Below, in pieces: positions 52,001-64,000 of a DNA stretch of 64,000 nucleotides (positions are counted from its first letter, which is position 1; each line of letters begins with the position of its first letter). This stretch comes from Balanoglossus misakiensis (Eukaryota > Animalia > Hemichordata): positions 6,934,193 to 6,998,192 of the forward strand of contig CM082595.2 in assembly GCA_040954595.2 (NCBI GenBank), in the 5' to 3' direction. The notes below the pieces were generated by a model, which saw only the letters and a list, made by a program, of their open reading frames with translations, made no database searches and was not told where the DNA came from. The position numbers and the translations under genes were made by a program.

Positions 52001-54956
52001 AATGCCACAAGCACCCTTCTGTAATAAGCAGAAGAAAAAGTCCAAGTGAAAACGTTGCATCTGAGGATCGAAATACATTGTACACTCTTGGCAAATCTGG
52101 CTGCTTGTTCAGAGACATGATGGTTGGCGTATGACTGGTCAAAATCACTGTGACTTTCAAACCGTTTAACGATTCTCACGTGGCAAACTCCTTTCACGAT
52201 TGACCTTTGTAGAGTAAAATTCAAATGCCAGGGCCTGAACATACCTGTGTACTCTCCTTTTCATCTTTCAGTTTTTCAAAAGTGGAACTCAGACCTCCTG
52301 CTCTGTTGTTTGGACTTCGTGCTGCATTTCTCTTCATTGGCAGTGGGGGTGATGACGACGACGATGTAGGCACAGATGAAGACTTTTGCGGAAGGTTTTT
52401 CTGGTCGGCTTGGGTCACTGCAGCCAGGATGTTAAACTCTGCCGGCATGAGACTGCTGAATCGAGGCGGGCACGGCGGCAATCCGTCATTTTCCTGGGAG
52501 ATGTTTGACTGGGCCGGGAAGGGTCTCGACGCTTGGCTTTCCTTGGGTGTATCTATCAGACTCTCGCAACTTGACGACTTGCTGCTGTGTGACGTTTGCA
52601 TGTACGGTGCTGCAGCGTTCGGATCCACGTACATGGGAAACTGATCCGGATCCGAAAAGATGTTCTCGTTGTCATTCCGCCCCGAAATGGAGGCCAGGCG
52701 GTCAACCTCCGCGGGATCAACATAGGAATTTTCACTATCGTTGGAAGATACTGATATACGTCGTGCTGCTTCTGGGTGCATGACTTCGTAATCACAATCA
52801 TCATCTTCCAAGTTGCAGGCCAGATCGGTTTGATTTTGTGACCTTGCTTCAATCGGTGGAGGTGGTGATTTGAAACTATCAGGCTCACTTTTTGGTGTTT
52901 TGTTCAATGTATTCTCGAGCGACGCGGCGAAAGACGACTTCAGCTTCGGAGAGTTCCTTGTAGGCGATGGTGGAAGAACCACAATCTCTTTGTGACTGGC
53001 CTTTCGCGACTTGGCCGACATCCTTCTCCTGTTCAACGGCCTCACCGCATTGGCCTGTTTCGTGTTCACTTTAAAATGCGCTGGCTTTGTCGCGTTGTTA
53101 TTCGTCTCGGCCAATTTCAATCTCGCCATGGCAGCTTTCACGGGCGAGACTTCTTGGGGCGTCTCGTGTGTCGTCTCACTCTTGACACTAGAGGGCAGAC
53201 TTCGGCTGATCTCCTCAAAGACTTCCACGTCGTCGTACGAGTCTGTGCTGTCACCGTCGCTTTCAATGGCAGATTTCTGAGAGCTACCACTTTTTCTGTT
53301 TGTTTCCTGTGGGAAAGAAAGATGATCTATTTTATACTACACTTGGATGCAATACTTTATTTCACAGTGAGTTGAATCTTAACCAGTAGGGTACAATGAA
53401 TACCTAGTTCAACCCAGCCCAGGTCAAAATTATAGAAGCAAACTGCTGACTCAGCATTTTTCACCAATGGTTTGTCTTGGGCAAAAATTTTAACGCAATT
53501 TATCTCGAAATAGAGCATGGTGACCCCTATATTTTATTTGACCAATGAACTTAAATTTACTGGACTGTGCTATGTGTAAAATTTCGTTAAAAATGACAAT
53601 AGTAGAAGTTTGTTTTCTAGCGATTATCAATGTAATCCTATGGGGAAATGACGGGTGCGCGCAGTTTTCCGGTTTATGTTCTGCGCGTACATCCTTAAAT
53701 GTTTCCATCTTTGCTTACCCTGGCTAAGAAGTCGGGGCTTTTGGATCGAGTCTTCCTACTCTGTCGCCTTCCGTGGATGGACTGTTGTCTTTTGTACTTC
53801 AGGATCTGCGGTATTGCACTGGAGCTGGAATGCAGACAAAATTTCATACTCGTTATCACATTTCCACTCCTGTAAAATAGTTTACAAATACATGTAGGCT
53901 ATACATTCAAATAGCCATGCCTTCAATCATTCAGCTGACAAAATGTACTGTAAAACATGTCATTTTCGCGTGCAATATATTTACGCGAAATACGCGAGAG
54001 CCAAAAAAACACGAAAATAAAGACTTGCGTAAATATAGTTGTGAAAGAACAATGTGCACAATGTAGTACAAGAACACGAAAATTAATACTCGCGTAACAG
54101 TGGCCTCTGTCGATATCGTGGGAAATTTCAACTTGCGAAAATAACATGTTTTACAGTATTAGAAACACATGGTCAAATGTCATGACCTAACAAGCAGGCT
54201 ATACACAATATAACCTTTGACCTCTTACTTGATTGATGCAAGACGTTGTCTTTCCTCGGCATCCTCATCCAACCACTCTTCTTCATCCTCCTTTGGGGAA
54301 CGACTTTGCTCTCGCTTTCCCGTCACCGTGGCGATGTCATCCTCGGACGAAAGTCTCCTTTCGCGAAACTCCTGAATTTTCGACTTTCTGGGTTTCGGAG
54401 GGGGCAGTGGTTTTAGAGCGAACGCCGGTTTGGTGGTGACGCCGGCAGAGTTTCCGTTGCTGGTGGAATTCAAGTTCTGTGTTTCGGCTCCTGGGACTTT
54501 CACGGGACCCTTCTGTGGCAGTGCTACGTTCCTGTTTCTCTTGGCCGGCACCGGGGCGGACATCGGAGTCTTGTCCGCATCGCCGCCCGAAGTTCTCGGC
54601 CGGACCTGCGGCCTGACCGCTGCCACGGGCTTGCTGACTGCCACCGGTGGTGGAACCATCGCGTTCAATTTCTGCGCGACCTCGGACGGCAGAGTGGCTG
54701 GTTTCTTGGCGATGGGCGGCTTTTTCAGAGGAACCTTCGGTTTCACAGCTGGCTTGCCCGTCTCCGAAGAATTCCTCTCGGGGCTCCCGACACTAGGGGG
54801 CGGCCACACTCTCCGTAAGTTCGGTCTGTGGTCGGCAGAAGACGCCATATTCAAAGCGGATAGCAGAGGTCTTGTGACTGTGAGGGACTTGCAGTGGGCA
54901 CTGGTTACTTCGGAGAACACATTCTGTCTTGTGTCCATCAAAAATGCACTAGACAT
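44814..54956 (-). CDS. Ephexin-family RhoGEF (DH-PH-SH3), ARHGEF26/SGEF-like. Exons 54956-54229, 53869-53719, 53306-52245, 52018-51964, 51577-51351, 50551-50400, 49985-49833, 49589-49460, 47541-47380, 46959-46793, 46329-46141, 45819-45731, 45308-45203, 44983-44814
   Basis: Pro-rich N-terminus; PMFQEY; LWSDLPEVRQSGVL…LQE-TIFEVITSEASYLHSL and FITLPMQRITRLPLL (DH); RWLVKKGEL…LFLFTDLILVT (PH); DCPQVQC…DELSLEESD…GWYEGERLRDGEKGWFP (SH3). Splice phases are consistent throughout. Confidence 0.92.
45391..45696. mobile_element. Kolobok-type palindromic MITE (AGGGACAAAG family), copy 1
   Basis: TTAA flanks; nearly the whole element is an inverted repeat. Confidence 0.8.
45946..46126. repeat. (TACAA)n microsatellite with a (TGCAA)n interruption
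   Basis: Read directly from the sequence. Confidence 0.97.
46590..46685. repeat. Degenerate (CAGTA/CAGTG)n pentanucleotide repeat
   Basis: Read directly from the sequence. Confidence 0.8.
47010..47188. mobile_element. Tigger/pogo-like MITE
   Basis: TA TSD; ends CAGTCAAACC … GTTTGACTG. Confidence 0.8.
47598..49086 (-). mobile_element. Solo, complete HINE copy (same family as the array) in a RhoGEF intron
   Basis: aatatagctgcaagcagc…three ~240-bp subrepeats…(GAA)n…gggcccaagcctgctgggcttgggccctaa. Flanked by unique sequence at an AA/TT site, no TSD. Confidence 0.92.
50131..50370. repeat. 21-bp minisatellite (ccaggcttatatacaatgtaa), about 11 copies
   Basis: Read directly from the sequence. Confidence 0.95.
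50743..51230. mobile_element. Kolobok-type palindromic MITE, copy 2 (with an internal duplication)
   Basis: TTAA flanks; AGGGAAAAGTC … GACTTTGTCCCT. Confidence 0.75.
51699..51873. mobile_element. Tigger/pogo-like MITE
   Basis: TA TSD; CAGTGAATCCTG … CAGGTTTCACTG, with internal ggacac repeats. Confidence 0.75.
53948..54156. mobile_element. Tc1/mariner-type MITE
   Basis: TA TSD; TIR CTGTAAAACATGTCATTTTCGC / GCGAAAATAACATGTTTTACAG. Confidence 0.85.
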
Positions 54957-56188
54957 CTTGATGACTCAGTCCTGGATGATATACAAAGGGAATATTCTTG
55001 AATTAATAAATACAAACTTACCCCATCATAAACAGAAAGTCTAGAATTGCCACATGAAGGGAGAATCATTGGTTTATATTTCAGACATAAAAACCATATC
55101 CTCTTTAACCTCTTAACCCCACAGTTTAGGTCCATGCTATAGTTTCATATGATTTGGTTGGTCCTACTATAATGCAAAAGGGGTGAAAGGGTACAATGTA
55201 TCTTAAGAGTGTTTTTTTTAAAACTTATTTTATTTATTAGTTTTCTAGTGTTTTTTTGCCATTTTTTTTGTAACTAATATCTATGGATGGTTGTGTCTGA
55301 AATAAAGATTAATAATAATAAATAATAATAATGTGCAGTATATCAAAGTTGCTTGCCAATGTGTTGTCATATTGTTTGGTGTCGAAAATATTCGAATGAT
55401 TAATGATTTTTTTATTTGGTGAGTGGGCTCGATAGGGTCAGGGTTGTATGCAGAAGAGGGCAGTTGAGATCTGCATAGAAACAAGTGAATACAACAAACC
55501 ACTGTTATACATGTACTGTCTGATTCACACACATATGCACCTTGCACAGTTTGTGGTACGTCACAAATCTGTCATACAGTGTACTGTGTTGCCCACTCAA
55601 GTATTTCCTCAAAGAAACAAAAATACACGACACAACACAGGTGATTTCATTCAAACAATGTCTTGACGTCACTGAGGTTAACCCCTTACTGACATCGCGT
55701 AAATGTGCGACAACACCCATAATTAACCCTATCACCCCCAGTTCCTTCTTCAGAGGTTCAACTTTACCAGAGAAAACAATGGGTCTGGACCAAACCATGG
55801 TGTTGTAAGGGTTAAGTTAACCCGTCCATTACACGACCGGCAGTTTAATTTCTATAGTCCGTCACACTTGTCTTCATCCCTTTTGAAAACTTCAAACAAA
55901 AACCCTAACTGAAGATAGATTCTTCACCCACCCACTGAAAACAAACAACAGGTCCATTCATCTCGTTCCATTCAGGTGAGACTAATGCCGGATTGGTAAA
56001 GTACATTATGCAACACCGTTTCACTGTCCTATTTTGGAAGGTTTGGTGACTCAGCTCATCTTAGGGTATTACATGTACTATTAGTGTCCAGATATTTTTA
56101 GCTTACTGTGCTATCAGTCCTTCCAACCTTATATGGTTAAATAAAGTCAATAACATAAATGTAGTAAACTCCTATCTCTGGCTTAAAA

Positions 56189-56526
56189 AGGGACAAAGTC
56201 TCTCTCTCGCTACCCTTTTGACATTAATTATGTTTGATACAAGACACCATTGATGTTATTGTACATGTGGATATATAGTGAATCAACGTTCGACCACATA
56301 CAACTCTTGTAGACATGAGAGTGAAAAACTCTCCAATCTGAATAATCGGTGTTTACCATTTATTCATTTTGGCGAGATTTTTACTCTCATATCCTACAAA
56401 CAGGATGGAAGTTGAGAATGGTCGAACATTGATTCACTATATATCCACATGTAGAATAACATAAACGGCATCTTGTATCAAATATAATTAATGGAAAAAG
56501 GGCAGCGAGAGAGAGACTTTGTCCCT
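56189..56526. mobile_element. Kolobok-type palindromic MITE, copy 3
   Basis: AGGGACAAAGTCTCTCTCTCGCT … AGCGAGAGAGAGACTTTGTCCCT followed by TTAA. Confidence 0.85.
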
Positions 56527-56679
56527 TTAAGCCTTTCACCACTATGGTTTCGTCCAAATCATTTGTTTTCTATGGTACATAATACCGGTAATGATATTTA
56601 ATAGTCGTCTTCATATCCTGACTCATCCCCCAGGATTGAACTTTCCTGAGTGACCCACTTCAAACAGTGTTAGTTTTAA

Positions 56680-57026
56680 AGGGACAAAGTCTCTCTCTCG
56701 CTGCCCTTTTTTCCATTAATTATATTTGAATCAAGGCACCGTTTGTTATTCTACATGTGGATATATAGTGAAGGAACGTTCAACCACACACAACTTCCAT
56801 CCCTCCTATAGACAGGAGAGTGAAAAAACTCGCCAAAATGAATAATTGTTCTTTACCATTTATTTATTTTGGGCGAGTTTTTATTCTCATATCATACAAG
56901 TGGGATGGAAGTTTTGTGTGGCTGATCATTGATTCACTATATATCCACATTTACATTAACATAACCAGTGTCTTGTATCAAACATAATTAATGGAAAAGG
57001 GGCAGCTGGAGAGAGACTTTGTCCCT
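56680..57026. mobile_element. Kolobok-type palindromic MITE, copy 4
   Basis: TTAA on both sides; same TIR as the other copies. Confidence 0.85.
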
Positions 57027-57601
57027 TTAACCTCTCCAGTTCATGGCATGAGCTTTTCAATAAATCTGTTTTGCAAAAAGGTGCCCACAACAAATTTGCT
57101 TGCTTTTCTTAAGATGTTGGTGGATGACAAACAAACCAGTTGTTTAGCTGTCCAGGGGGAGACAATCAAATTTAACACCAGCTGATCGACTTGTATACAT
57201 GTACATGTACATTTGTAGCTATGTGTGATGTCATGGACATACGGACATGACCTCAGAGGTAGTACACACTCCAACAGGATGTGTTCATGTCTGGTATTTG
57301 CTAAGTACTTTGCTAAGTATTTACTATTCATAATTTCAACTCGAGAACTATGTCATTTCTTTGAACTCCTCACCACTTCCTACACTGTACACACATCGCT
57401 GTCCATGCTAGTAATAAATCAAACTACTTTTCTTCAGAAATCCTCGATCCTAGTATTTGTACTTTTCAGAAATCAGACCTTGGTCTCTATAGTATAGTTA
57501 CGAATACTGTTGACAAGTACGCATAAAAAGTGTACATGTACCCTTCATAGACACAATATCTGCTGTATATACGCTGTTTAAAGTTTAAACTGAACACTTA
57601 A

Positions 57602-57922
57602 AGGGACAAAGTCTCTCTTTCACTGCCCTTTTCCCCATTATCATAAACAGTGTATTTTACATGTAGTGAATAAACGTTCAACCACACACAACTTCCATCT
57701 CGCTTGTATGATATGAGAGTAAAAATCCCGCCAAAATGAATAAATGGTAAAGAGTGATTATTCATTTTGGCAAGTTTTTTCACTCTTGTGTCTACAAGTG
57801 GGATGGAAGTTGTGTGTGGTTGAATGTTGATTCACTATATATCCAAATGTAGAATAACATAAACAATGTGACAAATGTCTTGTATTACACATAATTAATG
57901 GGAAAAGGGCAGCGAGAGCCCT
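57602..57922. mobile_element. Kolobok-type palindromic MITE, copy 5
   Basis: TTAA on both sides; right TIR partly deleted. Confidence 0.8.
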
Positions 57923-59409
57923 TTAAGGGAAGTAAAGGGGGAAAAACATGAAAGCTAGGTTGTAGACTAATTTGGCTTGACTTGAAGGGTAGAATCTCAG
58001 TGGGGCAATAAATTATATCATAAAGTAATATTTTCAAGTGATCTGCAGTGACACAATCACATCATTTCCTTATTTCCTGGAAACAACACGTACAATGTAC
58101 CTTTACATGAAGGTGTACCTGTCGTCCACAAGCAACGCAATGCTTCAGTGCTTTGAAGGTCGTGGGGTCAACGATCTCTGATACAACACAACAACAGACA
58201 GAACACAATGGAGGCAGTGAAGTCATTTCAGAACAGTGGAAACAATTTCGTGGACGAGCAGAAATATTTTGCGCTCTTTGCAAAAGCTGAATTGTGCATT
58301 TGGTAATTTAATCAAATAATCAATTTATTTTCTCTTTTAGTCTTTACTTTAAAGCATTAAAATTCTGTGTCGGCAATTATTGCTTTTCTACTCTGTGCCT
58401 GTGAACTACATGTACCCTACTTGAGTAAACAGTCTATATACCACCTTGACAAGAGCAATGGTATCAACATGTTTGGTACTATTGTTATAAATGTGCAGTT
58501 CCACCAACGATCTATGTACATTTCATGACTTGGCAAACAATTCTGCACATAAATCATTGCATTGGACTTAAGGAAGTAAACAGTTTTAACAAAGAATGAA
58601 TTTTTAAAAAAAATAGCACATTAGCCATCCAGACAGTCAAGCTTTCATTATTTTTTTTCTGGCAATTATAAATCTACAGCCCAACCATTTATGGCTACTT
58701 TTTCTACTGTATTATCACCATAGTAACAATGGGGAACAGTTTGTTATGAAAAAAGAGATGATTTATGCTCAATAAACAACATATGTTGTAACATCCCACC
58801 CACATTGCAAAAGTGACTAATCACCAGTTTAGATAGGCTTCACGTAATTTCAATAATTGAATCATTTTCCTTGTTAAAAATAGAACATGCAACAATTGAT
58901 AACAGTAACTTTGCTAAATAAGGAAGATATTAAACCAAGATACAACTTATTAGCCGCAGTAATTAACAAAATATAATGTTGCACATTTGAAACACTAATA
59001 TGCACAGAAGAAAAATATTTTAATGAGCAAATTTGTAGCTACTGTAACATACAACAAAAACATGTTTTTAATGCAGACTTATAATATTTTATGCATGCTT
59101 TTGAAAAGCTGTCAAAAAATCATATATTACTCAACACAAATTTCTACTGTTACCAAGCCATTTATGATAATCTGAATTTAAACTTTTGTGGGGCTCTCTA
59201 ATTTTCTCAGTCTGAAATAACGAAACTCAAACTATCATTGCATGTATTATTATTATTATGTTCTAGGCTAATCATTTCAAGTGTGTTCAGTTGATAACAA
59301 TGAGGATATTATGTAATGTTTTGCATTGAAGAAAAACAAACGCCTATATTTACCAAAACACACACATCTGCACTATTTCTAAGCTTTTCACAATAATCAA
59401 AACCATTAA

Positions 59410-59594
59410 AGGGACAAAGTCTCTCTCTCACTGCCCTTTTTCCATTGATTATGTTTGATACAAGACATCGTTTATGTTATTCTATATGTGGATATATAGT
59501 GAATCAACGTTCGACCACACACAACTTCCATCCCGTTTGTAGGATATGAGAGTAAATTAATGGAAAAGGGCAGCGAGAGAGAGACTTTGTCCCT
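59410..59594. mobile_element. Kolobok-type palindromic MITE, copy 6 (internally deleted)
   Basis: TTAA on both sides; intact TIR. Confidence 0.85.
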
Positions 59595-60090
59595 TTAATG
59601 AAAGCAGTCCTCACAGGTGAGTGGAGTTGTATAGAAAAGGTGCGAATGGTTTTGATGGTAAAGTTGTGAGTGAGACCACAACTGAAACCGGAAGGCGGAA
59701 CACTGAAAATACGCCATTTCGTACGGTAAACAGTACATTGTATAGACTCATCATGAACAACGACCTGTTGACGGCTATTGTTCGCTCCAATCAATTGGTC
59801 TATTCAATGTCAATCAGAAGGTCGTCGTTCGACAAATAATCGACTCTCAGTTTGCAGTTTGGAGCATCTGTGTAGTAGGGTGGGATCTATAAACGAATTT
59901 AACTTTTTTAAATTTAGCTCAGTCACCTTCGCAATAAAAAATGGACTAGCTGTCGAGGACTTCAGACACTGTTTTGAGCGGAGATTCTGCACTATGTGGC
60001 CGAAAGATGACCATGAAATGGACAACGGGAGGGGTGGGGCGATCGTGGTCACCGGTAAAGAAAACGCCGATCTACGGACATTTCAGCTTA

Positions 60091-60480
60091 CCTGACAAAC
60101 GGATGATACTAAGCTGGCAGTGTGGAGGGTAATTTTGACTCGACCACCAAAACATAAACAGTACAGGACGGTGCGTTGAAAGTTGTTATGAAAACATTGG
60201 CGATGGACTCGGTTGAGTCATGGAGCGGAGTTGGGTTGTCCGATTGCGAACGGATCGTCGCGTCAAATAACATGAAAGACGGAGTGTGTTTACACCAAAT
60301 GAAAGTACTGGACTGAACACTTACATGATATGAAGCTTTAAGTCACATCTTCTTCCGGTTCCAAGAAACATAAATATCAATAGATCAACCTTCAAACTCG
60401 CAGCAGCAGTGAGGGGTTCTTTTCTGAGTAAGACCGGAAGTGGTCGATTTACATGACCCTTGACCTCAAAACTTCCATGG
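60091..60480 (-). promoter_or_regulatory. Possible first non-coding exon and promoter of the RhoGEF gene
   Basis: Strong minus-strand donor CAG|GTAAGC at about 60090 in locally CpG-richer sequence. ETS-like CCGGAAG motifs at about 60351 and 60434, and a DR1-like TGACCCTTGACCT at about 60454. Inference only. Confidence 0.35.
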
Positions 60481-61389
60481 CAGGAGGAACATGAGGAAGG
60501 AAGAGTTAGAGCAAAGGTGTGAAAATGTACATGTGAAAACAAAAGTAAATAATATTATGGAGGAAACACATTGGTTACTGGGAACTAAAAGTATATCTGC
60601 GTTTGTATAGCATTCATTTATTTATTTATTGGTGACGTCATTAAAACCTTCCAATCTTCCAACACTTGTCATACTCGCCGGTTGGTGGCGACATTTAAAA
60701 ATTCTCAACAGAGGATGTCAAACCTGAGTCTCGATCTCTTTGCCTGCAAATTAACCTTTGAATCAACAGGTGTGATCTGTCTGGCAGTGTACGCGCGCGC
60801 GTTTTCAATATATATTTAAATTAATTTTGACCCCGACAATTTCATGTGGACTATTAATTCATTCAGACCTCGACGATTCTGATTGGTCAATTACGGCCAG
60901 ACACCCAAAACAAGCAGGCCACAGCACTTGTGATTGGTCGACAACTACACTCTCGTGGAACAGGTGTGTAACGTCATCATGTAATCGTCTCAGAAAATTT
61001 ACATTGACCTCCAGGCGTTGACCCTATATCGTACATGTTGTTTTTTGGTTGATTATTTTTCGTTTGTGCCATTGATCAAGATATCCAACATTTTTGATAT
61101 TTTTTCTTCCTTGATGAAGAAAGTAATGATTACTCAAGACTACCGCAGATAGCTGCTGAGCAATTTAATTAACTTTTATGAAATTGTGACCTAATTATTT
61201 TAGCGCGTTTGTTGACAACAAAGTCACATGATTAGCCAAGGACGAAATTGTCCTGAATAAGTCCCGGCCGAAGTTGTATTTCACGATGAAAATTTTCACT
61301 TCTTGATAGGAAGCTTGTTGAATAATTCAAATTGTAATATTTATCTGTCCCCTTTTGCTAATAAATTAAAGTTTATTCTTTTTTCGTAA

Positions 61390-61622
61390 ATCGAGTGCGA
61401 GACGCATGCCGGCAGACTTCTTTTGTTTTTACATCCGACCGAGATTTTACGAGATTTCGTTGTCTGTCTTATGCGCATGCCCACAGTATTCAAAGTTGCA
61501 ATGGCGGAAAAAAGTTTACGTTGAGCAAAATACCAAGGCGTGTGTTGACTCTGAAAAACTATTGGTCGCTGCCTTTCAGCTCGCCTAAGAACTACCAATG
61601 AGAGTACAGAAAGAGACTGCAG
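61390..61622 (+). promoter_or_regulatory. Possible promoter and first exon of a divergent, unidentified gene
   Basis: NRF1-like GCGCATGC motif (about 61473), YY1-like AATGGCGG (about 61500) and donor CAG|GTAAGA at 61622/61623. No downstream coding exon was recognised. Confidence 0.3.
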
Positions 61623-63721
61623 GTAAGATATATTCACACCTGTGTTTCTATTACGCACTGTGAAGAATGTGACAGGAATTTCCTCCAAATGCAGCTGTGA
61701 TGGCATGTCGATACATCTGTCAATGAAGGCAGTGGCCCAGGCGCGGCGCAGACCACGGCTGCGGAATCTTCTCCAGTTCCACCCTCTCATTAACCTGATT
61801 GTTGTGTCCAGTTCACACCTTCCCTGAACTATAACTACCCAGCTTTAACGCAGTCCTGTTCAGTGGTATAAATGAGCCCCAGAACAGCTGAAATTCGGCT
61901 CACAAGGGCACCACTGTCTGCCTGTACGAGGCTAATTCTTCCATCCAACACCAGGCGCATACAGTACATTGACAGTATTTTTCCGTCGGATGCAATAATG
62001 CAGTCGGTACACAGAAATACACTGTAAAAACGACAAGTTACAGTTACTGCCCCCATAATAACATACAGCCAGGGGCGAGGTCGGACAAGCAATTTCCTGA
62101 TGTCCATGTCACTTTTCAATTTCATGTGTCTGTTTCAAAATGTAGAAACCACCCATAGCAAAAGTATGCAATGATAAAACATCATTGTACGTTCCAGTGA
62201 AGTAATATTTGCACAGTTGCAAGCTGTAAATTGATAGTCGTAATAGCGTACACTGTACATGTAAAATAAAAGACCTTACTCAAGTGAAAAAACGTAAAAG
62301 CAGAAAAGTGATGAGTTTGCTTTATTTCAAGCCTTCGAAAATAAAATAGATTTAAAAAAAAAACATACTCCACTTTGACAAGGCCCTCCCAACACTGTCT
62401 CAAGCCTAACAGTAATATTTCTTTTTCACACCTGGTGTCAATGCATTCTTGAACAAGGCCAACCCCAGCATTCTTTTTCCTTGGATTCACATATATGCAG
62501 GAACAGTATCTCCAACGTTTCTTCTGCCTTTTCAAAAGCGTACAAATCAAACTACATGTATGTATGTACGTAGTTCATAAGTTTGAAACAAGGAGGTGTA
62601 CTTATTTTGTGATATTATGACACAAGGAATGATATTATGATACATTTAGGACTGGTGCATTTTACAAAATTCTCAAATCAACAGGAGAAATATGTTCAAT
62701 GAAATTATGATACATTCTCCCATACCAGCAGCCTGCACCTAGGTACAAAATCTAGACCAACTCAAACATGCAACCACTGAGAATGTATGACAAAAAGTTT
62801 ATTTTCAAAAATTTTAGTGTGTGGTCATAGCGATAGGATAGAAAAAAAATTGGTGATGTTCTGTTGGGGCGGTATCTAACAATGCTAATAACTGCCATTA
62901 GGGGGTTGTTTATTTGTCTACCGCTCCCCTTATTACAATCCTTGAAGTCAATTATTTCTTTACAGTTTTGTTGTGAATGATGGCCCCACAGCAGCAAGAG
63001 TCAATCTTTTGTTGGCAACCCGACAGCAATTCTGACACCATTAGTAAACAGGCATTTTTGTTCTTTTGTTGTATATTAAGTGTTAAATCCAACAGATTTT
63101 GTAAGACCAAAAGCTAGACAAGTTTGTACAAGGTCGTCCTGGCACGCCGCCAAATATGGTTTTTTGTTACTCTCAAACAAGGTGGCATTGATCAGGTTTC
63201 CATGGTATTCGATAGGCGATGATTGCTGATTCTGGCTCACAAAGAGAAGCCTGCAACCGACGCTTTGCGTACACAATTATAAATTAAAACCCACACAAGT
63301 CACAGTCGTGTTTTCTTGTCTGAGATGATGTATCTGGTGACCGGAGTTTTTACGAAAGTGACTTGCCTGTCATTCAAACACATAAACTGCTTTCAAATAC
63401 GAAATGTACTATATACAGTGTCTACAAGAAAGTGCAGATTTTGTTGCAAGTCCTTGAAAGCTACACCAGTGTTGGAATACAGCCAACTGACAAATTTCAA
63501 ATCGTTTTCTTTTAACATACATATTCAAACAAGAAGCCTGTTAACTCCTAGACCTGATTTGAGTTTTAACAATCAGGGAGAAAAAACAAGAAAATGTGCA
63601 TTTTGGCAAATTTGATACAGAATTTTATTAGTGAAATTAAATTTTCTTACTATGATTTATTGTTGTGTAACCAGTGTAGTATAGTAATCCAAGTAAATAC
63701 AGAGATACATTGACCAAATAT

Positions 63722-63907
63722 ACACATGATGACTGACAATGAGGGCAACAGTGTATTTTGATGACCGAGGGCACTGCTAGTCACAACTAAAACAGTCTTG
63801 TTTTCCCGAGGGCATAGCCCGAGGGAAAACAGACTGTTTTGGTGTGACTGGCAGTCCCGAGGTCATTAAAAATACACTGTTGCCCGAATATGTCAGTCAT
63901 CATGTGT
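63722..63907 (+). repeat. ~185-bp imperfect palindrome (Crypton-type hairpin element end)
   Basis: acacatgatgactgaca…ttttcccgagggc-ata-gcccgagggaaaa…tgtcagtcatcatgtgt. Confidence 0.85.
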
Positions 63908-64000
63908 TTTATAACACACCAAACCGATCGAACTGATGCCCTGGGGAACAGTTCGAAATGACTAAGGTCACGTGACGTGGTATTGACGAATCACGATCGA

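Noticed and set aside
52225-55044. Plus-strand ORFs of 127-204 aa
   Set aside because: They are antisense shadows of the large RhoGEF exons.
61341-63615. Several 60-150 aa ORFs at the right end
   Set aside because: No recognisable domains or consistent exon chain could be built.

Overview
Eukaryotic DNA from an intron-rich, AT-rich animal genome; the repeat and gene content resembles a marine invertebrate, but the taxon cannot be fixed from sequence alone. Bases 1-19307 are an array of about 13 non-autonomous Helentron-type (HINE/DINE-1-like) elements. The array is not simple head-to-tail: its termini pair up like nested brackets, and six displaced terminal hairpins are stacked at 18975-19307. 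A solo intact copy lies at 47598-49086. Each ~240-bp internal subrepeat carries a perfect nuclear-receptor DR1+DR4 site. Next comes a minus-strand four-exon gene (20228-24588) predicted to encode an N-terminal hydrophobic segment, a GT4-like glycosyltransferase, a TRADD-N-like domain and a C-terminal membrane helix. After it are a decayed PIF1 helicase, Kolobok MITEs, and an Academ-derived foldback element holding Crypton-like pieces whose hairpins show systematic tandem GA mismatches. Two conserved host genes converge: SLC7A14-like (+, 34682-38341, first coding exon absent from the window) and an Ephexin/ARHGEF26-like RhoGEF (-, 44814-54956, 14 coding exons). All calls are by eye; no database search was run.
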